Positions 20,511 through 29,800 of a stretch of 64,000 nt of DNA are shown one piece after another (within the stretch, counting starts at the first letter, position 1; every line of letters begins with the position of its first letter). Source of the DNA: Corallococcus coralloides (GTDB taxonomy: Bacteria; Myxococcota; Myxococcia; Myxococcales; Myxococcaceae); NCBI RefSeq assembly GCF_044792175.1, contig NZ_CP172866.1; one strand, written 5' to 3'. The position numbers and the translations under genes were made by a program. The notes under the pieces are model-generated. The model searched no databases. It saw only the letters and a program-made list of their open reading frames with translations, and was not told where the DNA came from.

Positions 20511-21737
20511 TTGCAAGCGCCGCCGTCCCCCGCATCCGCCCCTGGTAACGAGCCGCTCATCCAGAAGGCGAAGCAGCACCTGCTGCAGAACTACAAGCAG
20601 CAACCCATCGCCCTGGTCCGCGGGCAGGGCACGCGGGTCTGGGACGCGGACGGCAAGGCGTACCTGGACTGCATCGGCGGCATCGCGGTCTGCGCGCTGG
20701 GCCACTGCCACCCGGAGGTGGTCGCGGCGGCCAAGGCGCAACTGGACACGCTGTGGCACGTGTCCAACGTCTTCTACTCGCAGCCGCAGATCGACCTGGC
20801 CGCGCAGCTCACCGACTGGGCGGGCCTGCCGCGCGCGTTCTTCTGCAACTCCGGCGCGGAGGCCAACGAGGCCCTCATCAAGCTGACCCGCAAGGTGATG
20901 AAGGACCGGGGGCAGCCGGAGCGCTTCGAGATCCTCACCTTCGAGAAGAGCTTCCACGGCCGCACGCTGGCCACCGTCACCGCCACCGGCCAGCCGAAGT
21001 ACCACGCCGGCTTCGAGCCGCTGCCCCAGGGCTTCCGGCACCTGCCGTTCGGCGACCTGGAGGCGGTGCGCCGCGCCGTGGGGCCGTCCACCGCCGCCAT
21101 CCTGGTGGAGCCCATCCAGGGCGAGGGCGGCGTGCGCATGGCGCCCCCGGGCTTCTTCCAGGGCCTGCGCGCCCTCTGCGACGAGCAGGGCCTGCTGCTG
21201 CTCGTGGACGAGGTCCAGACGGGCATGGGCCGCACCGGCCAGCCCTTCGGCTTCATGCACCACGGCATCCGGCCGGACGCCATCAGCATCGCCAAGGCGC
21301 TGGGCAACGGGCTGCCCATGGGCGCCATGCTCTGCCGCGAGGAGCTGGCGGGCAGCCTCTCCGCGGGCACCCACGGCTCCACCTTCGGCGGCAACCTGGT
21401 GTCCGCCGCCGCGGGCAACGTGGTGCTGCGGCTGATGCGCGAGCCCGGCTTCCTGGCCGACGTGCAGGCCAAGGGGGAGCACTTCCTCGCCGGCGCGCGC
21501 GCGCTCCAGGCCGCGCTGCCGCAAGGCCGCATCCAGGCCGTGCGCGGGCAGGGGCTGCTGCTGGGCGTGGAGCTGGACCGGGAGGTCGCCCCCGTCATCG
21601 CGAAGCTGCGAGAAGCCGGTCTTCTGGTGAACTCCGCCGGGGAAGTCACGCTCCGCTTCGCCCCGCCCCTCATCATCACCCGGAACGAACTGGACGAAGC
21701 GCTGGGCATCCTCCAGCGTGTCCTCTCCACGCTGTAG
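20511..21737 (+). CDS. argD: Acetylornithine (or succinylornithine) aminotransferase, class III PLP enzyme
   Basis: GQGTRVWDADGKAYLDCIGGIAVCALGHCHPEVV...LVDEVQTGMGRTGQPFGFMHHGIRPDAISIAKALGNGLPMGA. It has a TTG start with a GAAGAGAGAGG ribosome-binding site. Confidence 0.85.
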   Translation: MQAPPSPASAPGNEPLIQKAKQHLLQNYKQQPIALVRGQGTRVWDADGKAYLDCIGGIAVCALGHCHPEVVAAAKAQLDTLWHVSNVFYSQPQIDLAAQLTDWAGLPRAFFCNSGAEANEALIKLTRKVMKDRGQPERFEILTFEKSFHGRTLATVTATGQPKYHAGFEPLPQGFRHLPFGDLEAVRRAVGPSTAAILVEPIQGEGGVRMAPPGFFQGLRALCDEQGLLLLVDEVQTGMGRTGQPFGFMHHGIRPDAISIAKALGNGLPMGAMLCREELAGSLSAGTHGSTFGGNLVSAAAGNVVLRLMREPGFLADVQAKGEHFLAGARALQAALPQGRIQAVRGQGLLLGVELDREVAPVIAKLREAGLLVNSAGEVTLRFAPPLIITRNELDEALGILQRVLSTL

Positions 21738-21828
21738 AAGGGGAGCGGTTTCACGGTTCCGGGAGGTTTGACGCCCTGCTTCCCGGACACCTACACTTGG
21801 GGATTCGCCAGCCCGCGGAACTGACACC

Positions 21829-23139
21829 TTGAGCGCGCCCAACCCCATCGTCGGCCTGGGGGGCAGGACCGACCACATCGCCACGGTGCCCCACCTGGAC
21901 CCGGCCCGTCTCCAGCTCAGCCCCGAGGAGGGCTCCGTGCTGGCGCTGGTGGGCCGCGTCGAACGCATCGACGCCGTGCTGTCCCGCTCCTCGCTGGGCG
22001 AGGCGCGCACCATCGCCGTGCTGCTGGCCCTGCGCGCCAAGGGCGCCATCGTGCCCGCCCGGGTGGTGCAGCGCGCCGCGCCCGCCGCCCCGGCGGTGGA
22101 CGCCGCCATGGCGGAGGAGGTGGACCTGGAGCCCGACCAGAAGCGCGACATCATCGAGATGGAGCGCTCGCTGGACGGGATGGACCACCACGCGGTGCTG
22201 GGCGTGGCCCGGGGCGCCAGTCCCCAGGAGGTGAAGCAGGCGTATTACAACGCCTCCCGCCGCTTCCACCCGGACCGCTACTTCGGCAAGAACCTGGGCA
22301 GCTTCCGCGCCCGGCTGGAGCGCATCTTCAAGCGCCTCACGGACGCCCACAACGCCCTCAGCCGCCAGGAGCCGCCGCGCGCGCCCGCGACGCCGCCTCC
22401 GGCCGCGCGCCCCTCCACGCCGCCTCCGGTCGCGCGCACGGTGTCCAGCGGCGGCTTCGCGGCGGTGTCGCCCTCCGCCGCCTCGGGTGCACGGCCTCCC
22501 TCGGGGTCGTTCGCCACGGTGCCGCCCGCCGCCGCCCCGCCTCCAGAGGACGCGGAGTCGGAGGCCCGCCGCGCCGAGCGCCAGGCCCGCTTCGCGCGCC
22601 ACCCGTACATGGCGCGCAGCCACAAGCTCACGGAGCTCATCGCCCGGGGCAGGGCGGCCACCGCGCGCGGGGACTTCGAGCGGGCCTACCAGGACTTCAA
22701 CCACGTGCTGGGCCTGGACCCGAAGAACCGCGAGGTCGCCCAACTGCTGGTGGAGGCGCGCCGCAAGCACGACCTGACGCGCGCGCAGGCGGAGGTGGAG
22801 CGGGGCCAGGAGCTGGAGATGCGCGGCGACTTCGCGGGCGCGCAGGCCGCGTACAAGCTGGCCGTGTCGCTCAACGCGGACAACCCGGAGGCGGCCTTCC
22901 AGGCGGCGCGCGTGGGGCGGGAGCTGGCGCAGGACCCGCAGGAGGTGCTGAAGCTCGCGCAGCGCGCGGTGGAGCTGAAGCCGGGGCGCGCGGACTACCA
23001 GCTCCTGCTGGCCCAACTGCTCCTGGTGGCGGGGCAGAAGAAGCAGGCCAAGCACCACTTCGAGGATGTCTTGCGCCTGGACCCCGACAACGCCGACGCT
23101 CGCGCCGGCCTCAAGAAGCTGCGCTGGACGTTCACGTGA
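21829..23139 (+). CDS. J-domain (DnaJ-like) protein with a Pro-rich linker and C-terminal TPR repeats
   Basis: J-domain motif HHAVLGVARGASPQEVKQAYYNASRRFHPDRY, with TPR-like ERAYQDFNHVLGLDPKNREVAQLL...AQAAYKLAVSLNADNPEAAFQAA...FEDVLRLDPDNADARAGL. TTG start. Confidence 0.75.
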   Translation: MSAPNPIVGLGGRTDHIATVPHLDPARLQLSPEEGSVLALVGRVERIDAVLSRSSLGEARTIAVLLALRAKGAIVPARVVQRAAPAAPAVDAAMAEEVDLEPDQKRDIIEMERSLDGMDHHAVLGVARGASPQEVKQAYYNASRRFHPDRYFGKNLGSFRARLERIFKRLTDAHNALSRQEPPRAPATPPPAARPSTPPPVARTVSSGGFAAVSPSAASGARPPSGSFATVPPAAAPPPEDAESEARRAERQARFARHPYMARSHKLTELIARGRAATARGDFERAYQDFNHVLGLDPKNREVAQLLVEARRKHDLTRAQAEVERGQELEMRGDFAGAQAAYKLAVSLNADNPEAAFQAARVGRELAQDPQEVLKLAQRAVELKPGRADYQLLLAQLLLVAGQKKQAKHHFEDVLRLDPDNADARAGLKKLRWTFT

Positions 23140-23157
23140 TGAGGTGCATGCGTCCCC

Positions 23158-25005
23158 ATGGCTGCTGAGCCCGAACCGCTGATTGGCATCGACCTGGGGA
23201 CGACGAACAGCCTCGTCGCCACGGTGCAGGACGGTCAGCCCATCATCATCAAGAACCGCACCGGCCAGCCCCTCACGCCGTCCGTGGTGGCGGTGTCGAA
23301 GAACGGCAAGCGGCTGGTGGGCGGCATCGCCAAGCGGCAGGCCATCACCAACCCGCAGGAGACGGTGTCCGCGGCCAAGCGCCTCATCGGCCGCAAGTTC
23401 TCCTCGCACCCGGTGCAGGACGCGCTGCGCGCGCTCACGTACCAGGTGGTGTGCGGCGCGCACGACGACGTGCGCATCCGGCTGGCGGGCCGCGACCTCG
23501 CCGTGCCGGAGGTCAGCGCCATGATCCTGGCGGAGCTGAAGGCGGACGCGGAGGCGCACTTCGGCCGGCCCGTCACCCAGGCCGTCATCACCGTGCCGGC
23601 CTACTTCAACGACGGGCAGCGCCAGGCCACCAAGGACGCGGGCCGCATCGCGGGGCTGGACGTCCTGCGCATCATCAACGAGCCCACCGCGGCGGCGCTG
23701 GCCTACGGCTTCGGCCGCACGGTGAACGGGAAGATCGCCGTGCTGGACCTGGGCGGCGGCACCTTCGACGTGTCGGTGCTGGAGATCAACAACGGCATCT
23801 TCGACGTGGTGGCCACCGGCGGTGACACCTTCCTCGGCGGCGAGGACTGGGACCACCGCATCATCGAGTGGATGGTGTTCGGCTTCGCCAAGGAGCACGG
23901 CATCGACCTGCGCAAGGACCGCATGGCGCTGCAGCGGCTGAAGGACGCCGCGGAGAAGGCGAAGGTGGAGCTGTCCTCGGTGAAGGAGACGCAGGTGCAC
24001 CTGCCCTTCATCTGCACGCCGCCGGGCGGAGGCGCCGCGCTGCACCTGCAGTCCACGCTCACCCGCGAGAAGCTGGAGGAGCTCACGGCGGACCTGGGCG
24101 AGCGCCTGGTGGGCATCACCTCGGAGGTGCTGGGCGAGGCGAAGGTGCGCCCCTCGGACCTGAAGGAGGTCATCCTGGTGGGGGGCATGTCGCGCATGCC
24201 CCGCATCGTGGAGCAGGTGCGCCAGTACTTCCGCCGCGAGCCCTGCAAGGGCGTGCACGCGGAGGAGGTGGTCGCCCTGGGCGCCGCCATCCAGGCGCAC
24301 GCGCTGGTGGGCCACGAGAGCGAGCTGCTGCTCCTGGACGTCACCCCGCAGAGCATGGGCGTGGCCATCGCGGGCGGCTACGTGCGGCGGCTGATTCCGC
24401 GCAACACCACCGTGCCCACGTCCGCCACGGAGGTGTTCGCCACCTCCAAGGACTTCCAGCGCACGGTGAAGATCATGGTGCTCCAGGGCGAGCACGAGCT
24501 CGCGCACCACAACGAGCTGCTGGGCGAGTTCCTCCTCACCGGCCTGCGCGAGGCGCCGCGCGGGCAGGTGGAGATCGAGGTGACGTTCGACATCAACGCG
24601 GAGGGCATCGTGTCCGTGTCCGCGCGCGACCGTGACACGGGCCTGCGCCAGTCCATCACCGTCACCGCGTCCAGCGGCCTGACGGAGGACGAGCTGCGCC
24701 GCATCATGGACGAGCAGCGCGACTGGCTGGTGGCGGCGCGCAACACGGAGGAGCTGAAGTCCAAGCGCGTGGAGCTGGACATCCTGGCGCGCGACCTGGT
24801 GGACGCGCTCTCCCGCGTGCGGCTCATGCCCGGGGCGGGAGGCCTGCCGCCGGACGTCGTCGCCCGCGCGGAGGCCGCCCTGGACTCCGCGCGGCAGGCG
24901 CGCGGCGCGGAGGACGTGGGCGTGCTCACCCGGGCCTGCGAGGCCCTGTCCCAGAGCCTGCCGCTGCTGCGCTCGGCGGGCTCGCGCGGGACGCCGGGGA
25001 GGTAG
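23158..25005 (+). CDS. Hsp70-family chaperone (DnaK/HscA-like paralog)
   Basis: [13 protein letters not shown]...[43 protein letters not shown]...[15 protein letters not shown]...[10 protein letters not shown]. It lacks a C-terminal EEVD motif. Confidence 0.85.
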   Translation: MAAEPEPLIGIDLGTTNSLVATVQDGQPIIIKNRTGQPLTPSVVAVSKNGKRLVGGIAKRQAITNPQETVSAAKRLIGRKFSSHPVQDALRALTYQVVCGAHDDVRIRLAGRDLAVPEVSAMILAELKADAEAHFGRPVTQAVITVPAYFNDGQRQATKDAGRIAGLDVLRIINEPTAAALAYGFGRTVNGKIAVLDLGGGTFDVSVLEINNGIFDVVATGGDTFLGGEDWDHRIIEWMVFGFAKEHGIDLRKDRMALQRLKDAAEKAKVELSSVKETQVHLPFICTPPGGGAALHLQSTLTREKLEELTADLGERLVGITSEVLGEAKVRPSDLKEVILVGGMSRMPRIVEQVRQYFRREPCKGVHAEEVVALGAAIQAHALVGHESELLLLDVTPQSMGVAIAGGYVRRLIPRNTTVPTSATEVFATSKDFQRTVKIMVLQGEHELAHHNELLGEFLLTGLREAPRGQVEIEVTFDINAEGIVSVSARDRDTGLRQSITVTASSGLTEDELRRIMDEQRDWLVAARNTEELKSKRVELDILARDLVDALSRVRLMPGAGGLPPDVVARAEAALDSARQARGAEDVGVLTRACEALSQSLPLLRSAGSRGTPGR

Positions 25006-25008
25006 CCG

Positions 25009-25785
25009 ATGAACGCGCTCCGGGCCAAGGCGCTGGTCGAAGCCGGGTTGCTGCTGCGGCTGAGCGGCGACCTGGCGGGCGCGGAGAAGCTGTTCGCCCG
25101 GGCCCTGGAGCTGGACCCGGCCAACGCGCGCGCGCGCCGGCTGCTGGGGCGGGACGGCCTGGCGGAGCATAGCGGGGACACCGGGTGGAACCTGACGGGC
25201 CCGGATCAGGAGGCGGACTGGGGCGCCTGGGCCGGCCCCTCCGAGCCCGGCCCGGTGGTGGCCCCCTTGCGTGAGTCCGTGAGCCTGCCCGAGGGCACGG
25301 GCATGCGCGGCGACGCGCTGGACCTCATCGCGGAGGCGCACCGCACGCAGGAGTTCGGGCTGCCGGACACCTTCGCGCCGGTGGGCGGGCTGCCGGAGGG
25401 CTCGGAGGTGGAGAGCCTGCTGCGGGGCGCGGAGGACCTGCTGGCGCTGGATGACCACTCCGGCGCGGTGGAGCTGCTGCGCCGGGCCCAGTCCCTGGCG
25501 CCGGAGAACCCGCGCGTGGAGGCGCTGCGCGACCGCAGCGAGCGCATCCTGGTGTCCATGCTGGAGGCGCGACTGGGAGACCTGCACCGCATGCCGCGCG
25601 TGCGGCTGCAGCCGGATGACATCATCTGGCTCAACCTGGACCACCGCGCGGGCTTCGTGCTGGCGCAGATTGACGGCGCGGTGAGCTTCGATGACCTCTT
25701 CGCGCTGTCCGGCATGTCGCGCCTGGACACCGCGCGCATCCTCGCGCAGTTGCTCGACGAGGGCATCATCGCCCCCGGCGAGTAG
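25009..25785 (+). CDS. Hypothetical protein with an N-terminal TPR-like region and a C-terminal DUF4388/PATAN-like segment. It is co-operonic with the Hsp70 paralog.
   Basis: It starts 4 nt after the Hsp70 stop. LLLRLSGDLAGAEKLFARALELDPANARARRLLG is TPR-like; the C-terminus reads IIWLNLDHRAGFVLAQIDGAVSFDDLFALSGMSRLDTARILAQLLDEGII. Confidence 0.55.
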   Translation: MNALRAKALVEAGLLLRLSGDLAGAEKLFARALELDPANARARRLLGRDGLAEHSGDTGWNLTGPDQEADWGAWAGPSEPGPVVAPLRESVSLPEGTGMRGDALDLIAEAHRTQEFGLPDTFAPVGGLPEGSEVESLLRGAEDLLALDDHSGAVELLRRAQSLAPENPRVEALRDRSERILVSMLEARLGDLHRMPRVRLQPDDIIWLNLDHRAGFVLAQIDGAVSFDDLFALSGMSRLDTARILAQLLDEGIIAPGE

Positions 25786-25803
25786 CCGCGCGCGGCCGCT
25801 TCG

Positions 25804-26286
25804 TCACGCGGGGCGGATGACGGCCGTCCACACGCCGCGCACCACGGGCTCGCCCTTCGCGTCGCGCGTCTCCGTGGTGACGACGAGGAAGTCCATCCCG
25901 GCCTTGCGGTACAGCTCGGAGATGTGGCCCGTGGTGGTGAGCACGTCCCCGGGGCGCATCACGCCCAGGAACTCCAGCTCCTGCTCACCGTGCACCAGCC
26001 GCACGCGGTCCACGCCCAGCTCCGGATCCGCGATGGCGGCGCTGAAGGGGCGGATGGCGAACACCACCGCGAAGCTGGGGAAGGCGATGACGTCGCCGTA
26101 CGGGCCCGCCTGGGCCGCCTCCTGCGAGTAGAGCAGGGGGCTGACGTGCGCGGGGGGCTCCCCGAAGGTGCCCGCGGAGGGCACGGAGCCGCCGAGGATG
26201 AGGGAGAACTCGCGCAGCTTCTCCCGGCCAATCTCATAGGTGAAGGGGCCGTACGCACGGCCGACGAACTTGGGGTCCAGGGCCAT
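25804..26286 (-). CDS. MaoC-like hot-dog fold protein (N-terminal/FAS1-like dehydratase half, HadA-like)
   Basis: MALDPKFVGRAYGPFTYEIGREKLREFSLILGG...VRLVHGEQELEFLGVMRPGDVLTTTGHISELYRKAGMDFLVVTTETRD. Only the 3' third of the track ORF 25804..26637 is real. Confidence 0.7.
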   Translation of the reverse strand: MALDPKFVGRAYGPFTYEIGREKLREFSLILGGSVPSAGTFGEPPAHVSPLLYSQEAAQAGPYGDVIAFPSFAVVFAIRPFSAAIADPELGVDRVRLVHGEQELEFLGVMRPGDVLTTTGHISELYRKAGMDFLVVTTETRDAKGEPVVRGVWTAVIRPA

Positions 26287-26288
26287 GG

Positions 26289-26684
26289 CTATCCGAGCGA
26301 GGTTTCGACGACGGCGCCCCGGAGGACGGGCTCGCCGCGCTGGTTGGTGGCGGAGACTTCCGTGGTGAGCCGGCCCTCCGTGATGGCGGTGACGCGGCCC
26401 TGGAAGGTGACGGTGTCCTCCGGCAGCACCGGCCGGGAGAAGCGCACCTTCACCCGGCGCACCAGCCCCGGGTCTCCCACGAAGACGGCCACGGCCTCCA
26501 CCGCCCAGCCCAGCGTGCAGAGCCCCTGGAGGATGACGCCGTTGAAGCCGGCCTGCCGGCCCACCTCCGGGTCGATGTGGATGGGGTTGTAGTCCCCGGA
26601 AGCGCCCGCGTAATACACCGGCCGCAGCCGGTCGCACTGGCGGACGTGCGTGAAGGTGTCTCCCACCTGGAACGTGCGTGCCAT
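26289..26684 (-). CDS. MaoC family dehydratase (hot-dog fold, (R)-specific enoyl-CoA hydratase-like, HadB-like)
   Basis: PVYYAGASGDYNPIHIDPEVGRQAGFNGVILQGLCTLGW...GEPVLRGAVVETSL. Confidence 0.8.
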   Translation of the reverse strand: MARTFQVGDTFTHVRQCDRLRPVYYAGASGDYNPIHIDPEVGRQAGFNGVILQGLCTLGWAVEAVAVFVGDPGLVRRVKVRFSRPVLPEDTVTFQGRVTAITEGRLTTEVSATNQRGEPVLRGAVVETSLG

Positions 26685-26807
26685 GAGGCGCGGAAGCCTA
26701 CCGCATCCTCCGTCCCCGGACGCCTGACGGAAATGAAGAAGGGGCGGCCCCCACGCTTCGTGAGGACCGCCCCCGTGTCACTTCAGGGCTTCAGCCGCGG
26801 CGCCGGC

Positions 26808-29800
26808 CTACGCCTTGCGACGGCGCGCGAGCGCCATCGCCGCGAACAGCGCCATCAGCGGCGCCATGCCGCCAGCGGAGCCGCCCGTGGAGGAGCAGCC
26901 ACCGCCGTCGTCGGCCTTCGGCACGTTCACCGTGATGTTGGCGGTGCTGGTGGCACCCGCCGCGTCCTTCACCGTCACCTTGAAGGTGTAGTTCTCCAGC
27001 GTCTTCTTCGCCGGCGGGGTGAAGCTGGCCTCGGCGGAGTTGGCGCCGGTCAGCGTCACGGACGGGCCACCCGTCTGCTCCCAGGCGTAGGTCAGCGGCT
27101 CGTTGTCCGGATCCGTGGACGTGGAGGCGTCGATCTTCACCAGCTCACCGCCGCGCACGCCCGAGATGACCCGGACCTTGGCGACCGGCGCCTGGTTCAC
27201 CTGCTTCACGTTGACCGTGTAGACGTACGGGCCCGAGGCGGCGCCGTCCACGTCCGTCACCGTCAGGCTGAAGGCCACGGCCGTGTCGGCCTGGACCTGC
27301 GGCGCGGTGAACGCCAACTGCGCCGTGCCCGCGCCCGTGGTCTGCACCGTGGGGCCGCCGACCTGCGCCCAGACGTAGGTGAGCGCGTCACCGTCCGGAT
27401 CCGTGATGCCGGAAGCGTCCAGCACCACGTTGCTGCCCTCGTCCGCGTCGACGGAGGCCGGAGCCTGGCCCACCGGGTGGCGGTTGGCCTTGCGCACCGT
27501 CACGTTGACCAGGTCGGACACCGACACTCCGCCCGAGGACACCGTGAGCTTGAAGGTGAGCTCGGTGGGGGCGCTGACGTCCGGCGCCGTGAAGGTCGCC
27601 GTCGCCGTGTCCGCACCCGTCAGCGTCACCTGCGTGCCGCCCGTCTGCTCCCACAGGTAGGTCACCGCCGTGCCGTCCGCGTCCGAGCCGGAGCCGGCCA
27701 GCGTCACCGTGGAGCGGGCATCCGCGTCGAAGTCCGCGCCGGCGTTGGCCACCGGCTCACGGTCCACGTTCTTCACGTTCACGGCGACCGACTTGGTGGA
27801 CTTCGCGCCAGCGCTGTCCGTCACGGTGACCGTGAAGGTGAACTGCGTGTCCGCCGTCACTTCCGGCGCCGTGAACGTCGCCTTCGCCTTGGTGGCGTTG
27901 GCCAGCGTCACCTTGGGCGAGGCGGGGAGCGTCTGGACCCAGGCGTACGTCAGCGTGTTCGCGTGAATCACATCCGCGTCCGTGGAGCCCGAGGCGTCCA
28001 GCGTCACGTTGGTGTCACCCTCGTTCACCGTGGCCGGCGCGGTGGCCGCGGCCACCGGGGGCTGGTTCACGTTGACGACCTGGATGTCCACCGTCTTCGG
28101 GGCGCTCGCCTTGCCGGCCGCGTCGGTGACGACGAGCTGGAAGGAGAGGGTGTCCGTGTAGTCCACGTCCGCCACGAAGCTCGGGGTCGCGGTGTCCGCG
28201 CCGGTCAGGGAGACCGGCGTGGCGCCACCGACCTGCGTCCAGTTGTAGGTGAGCGTCTCGCCCGCGGCGGCATCCGGGTCGAAGCTGCCCGTGCCGTTCA
28301 GGGTGATGGTGGCGCGGTTGAGGACGCCGTTGACGAGCGTGCCCTCCGCCACCGCCGCCGTGCCCACGCGCGACGGACCCGCGTTGGCCACCGGCGGCAC
28401 GTTGCACGCGCCCGTGGAGGCCGCCTGATCCGCCTGGCCGGAGAACACCGCCGAGGCGCCCTCGAACGTCACGTCATCCACGTCCAGGCCGTAACCGCCC
28501 ACGGCCACGTCACCGCCGATGCGGAAGCGGAAGCGGACGTTCTTGAGCTCCAGGTCGGGGAAGAAGGTCCCGAAGTTGATGCTCGCGGTCTTGAACGCCG
28601 GGAAGCCCGTGCTCACCCGCGCCATCGCGGCGCGGTCCTCGAGCGGGTTGCCGCCGCCCGCGGCGATGTAGTCCACGTAGCCCGGATCCGCGTCCACCAC
28701 CGGGTACAGATCCCACGGGTCGATCCAGTCGATGCCGTCGACCGTGAACTCGAGCACCGCGCCGTCGTAGGAGGCGTTGGAGTCGAACTCGAAGGAGTGG
28801 CGGTACTTGTAGCTGATGATGAAGTCCGCCGCGTCGTCCACCTTCAGCCAGGGGCTGGTGATGGTCGTCTCCGCCGCCGTGCCCGGGTCGTTGCCGTGCG
28901 CGTAGCGGTTGGCCGGCGAGCCGGACAGCGTCCAGTCACCGGAGGAGGACAGGTTCTGCGACACCGTCCACCCGCGCAGGCCGGACTCGAACGTCTCCGT
29001 GTTGCTGGTGGTGGGGACGTGGTCGTAGTTGACGCGCGGGTCGAACGTCACCGTCTTCGCCGCCGCCGGGATCTCGTTGGTGTCGAAGACCACCTTGATG
29101 CCGGCGCGCGCGGGCGAGCCGGAGACCGCGGTGACGTTGACGGGCACGGTGATCGTCGCCGAGGCGCCGCGGGACAGGGCGGGGACGTTGATCGCCGCGC
29201 CGTTCGGGAACTCCAGCGTCGCCGTGGTGCTGGTGCTGCTGACGGTGCCGGAGAAGGCGCTCAGCCCGTTGCCGCCCACGTTGCGCACGGTGATCTTCAG
29301 CTCACCCTGCTCACCGATGTCGAGGATGCCGTCCTGGTCGCAGCCGCCCGCGCTGTCCGCCAGCGTGATGCTGGTGACCTCCAGGTTGCCGGCCGAGGCG
29401 AAGCTCTCCGTCACGCCGATGTGGTCGAACGCGTCGCGGTCCGGCGACTTGGCGCCGAAGCCGAGGCCGCGCTTGGCGAAGGCCGCCACGAAGCGCTGGT
29501 AGTCCGCCGGGTCGCTCGCGAGCGCCACGGCCAGCACCGCGTCACGCGCTTCCGTGAAGGTCGGCGCGTTCGGCGTCGCCTTGTAGGAGGCGACGAGGTA
29601 CCGCTTCATGCGGTCCTGCGCCTCCTGGAACGGGTGCGCGTTCAGCAGGCTCGTGTAGCACTCCCACAGCGCCGTGGCCCACACCTCACCGCTGTTGTGG
29701 ACCTCGCTGTTGTTGGCGGTGCTCGCCGTCGCCAGCTCGTTGGGCAGGGTCGTGAAGTTGGCGATGTGGCGGAACGTGTAGCCGTTCTTGCTCATGTCCG

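Noticed and set aside
21751-25644. 1297-aa minus-strand ORF
   Set aside because: It is antisense to the J-domain/Hsp70/TPR operon, with an Arg/Gly/His-rich translation.
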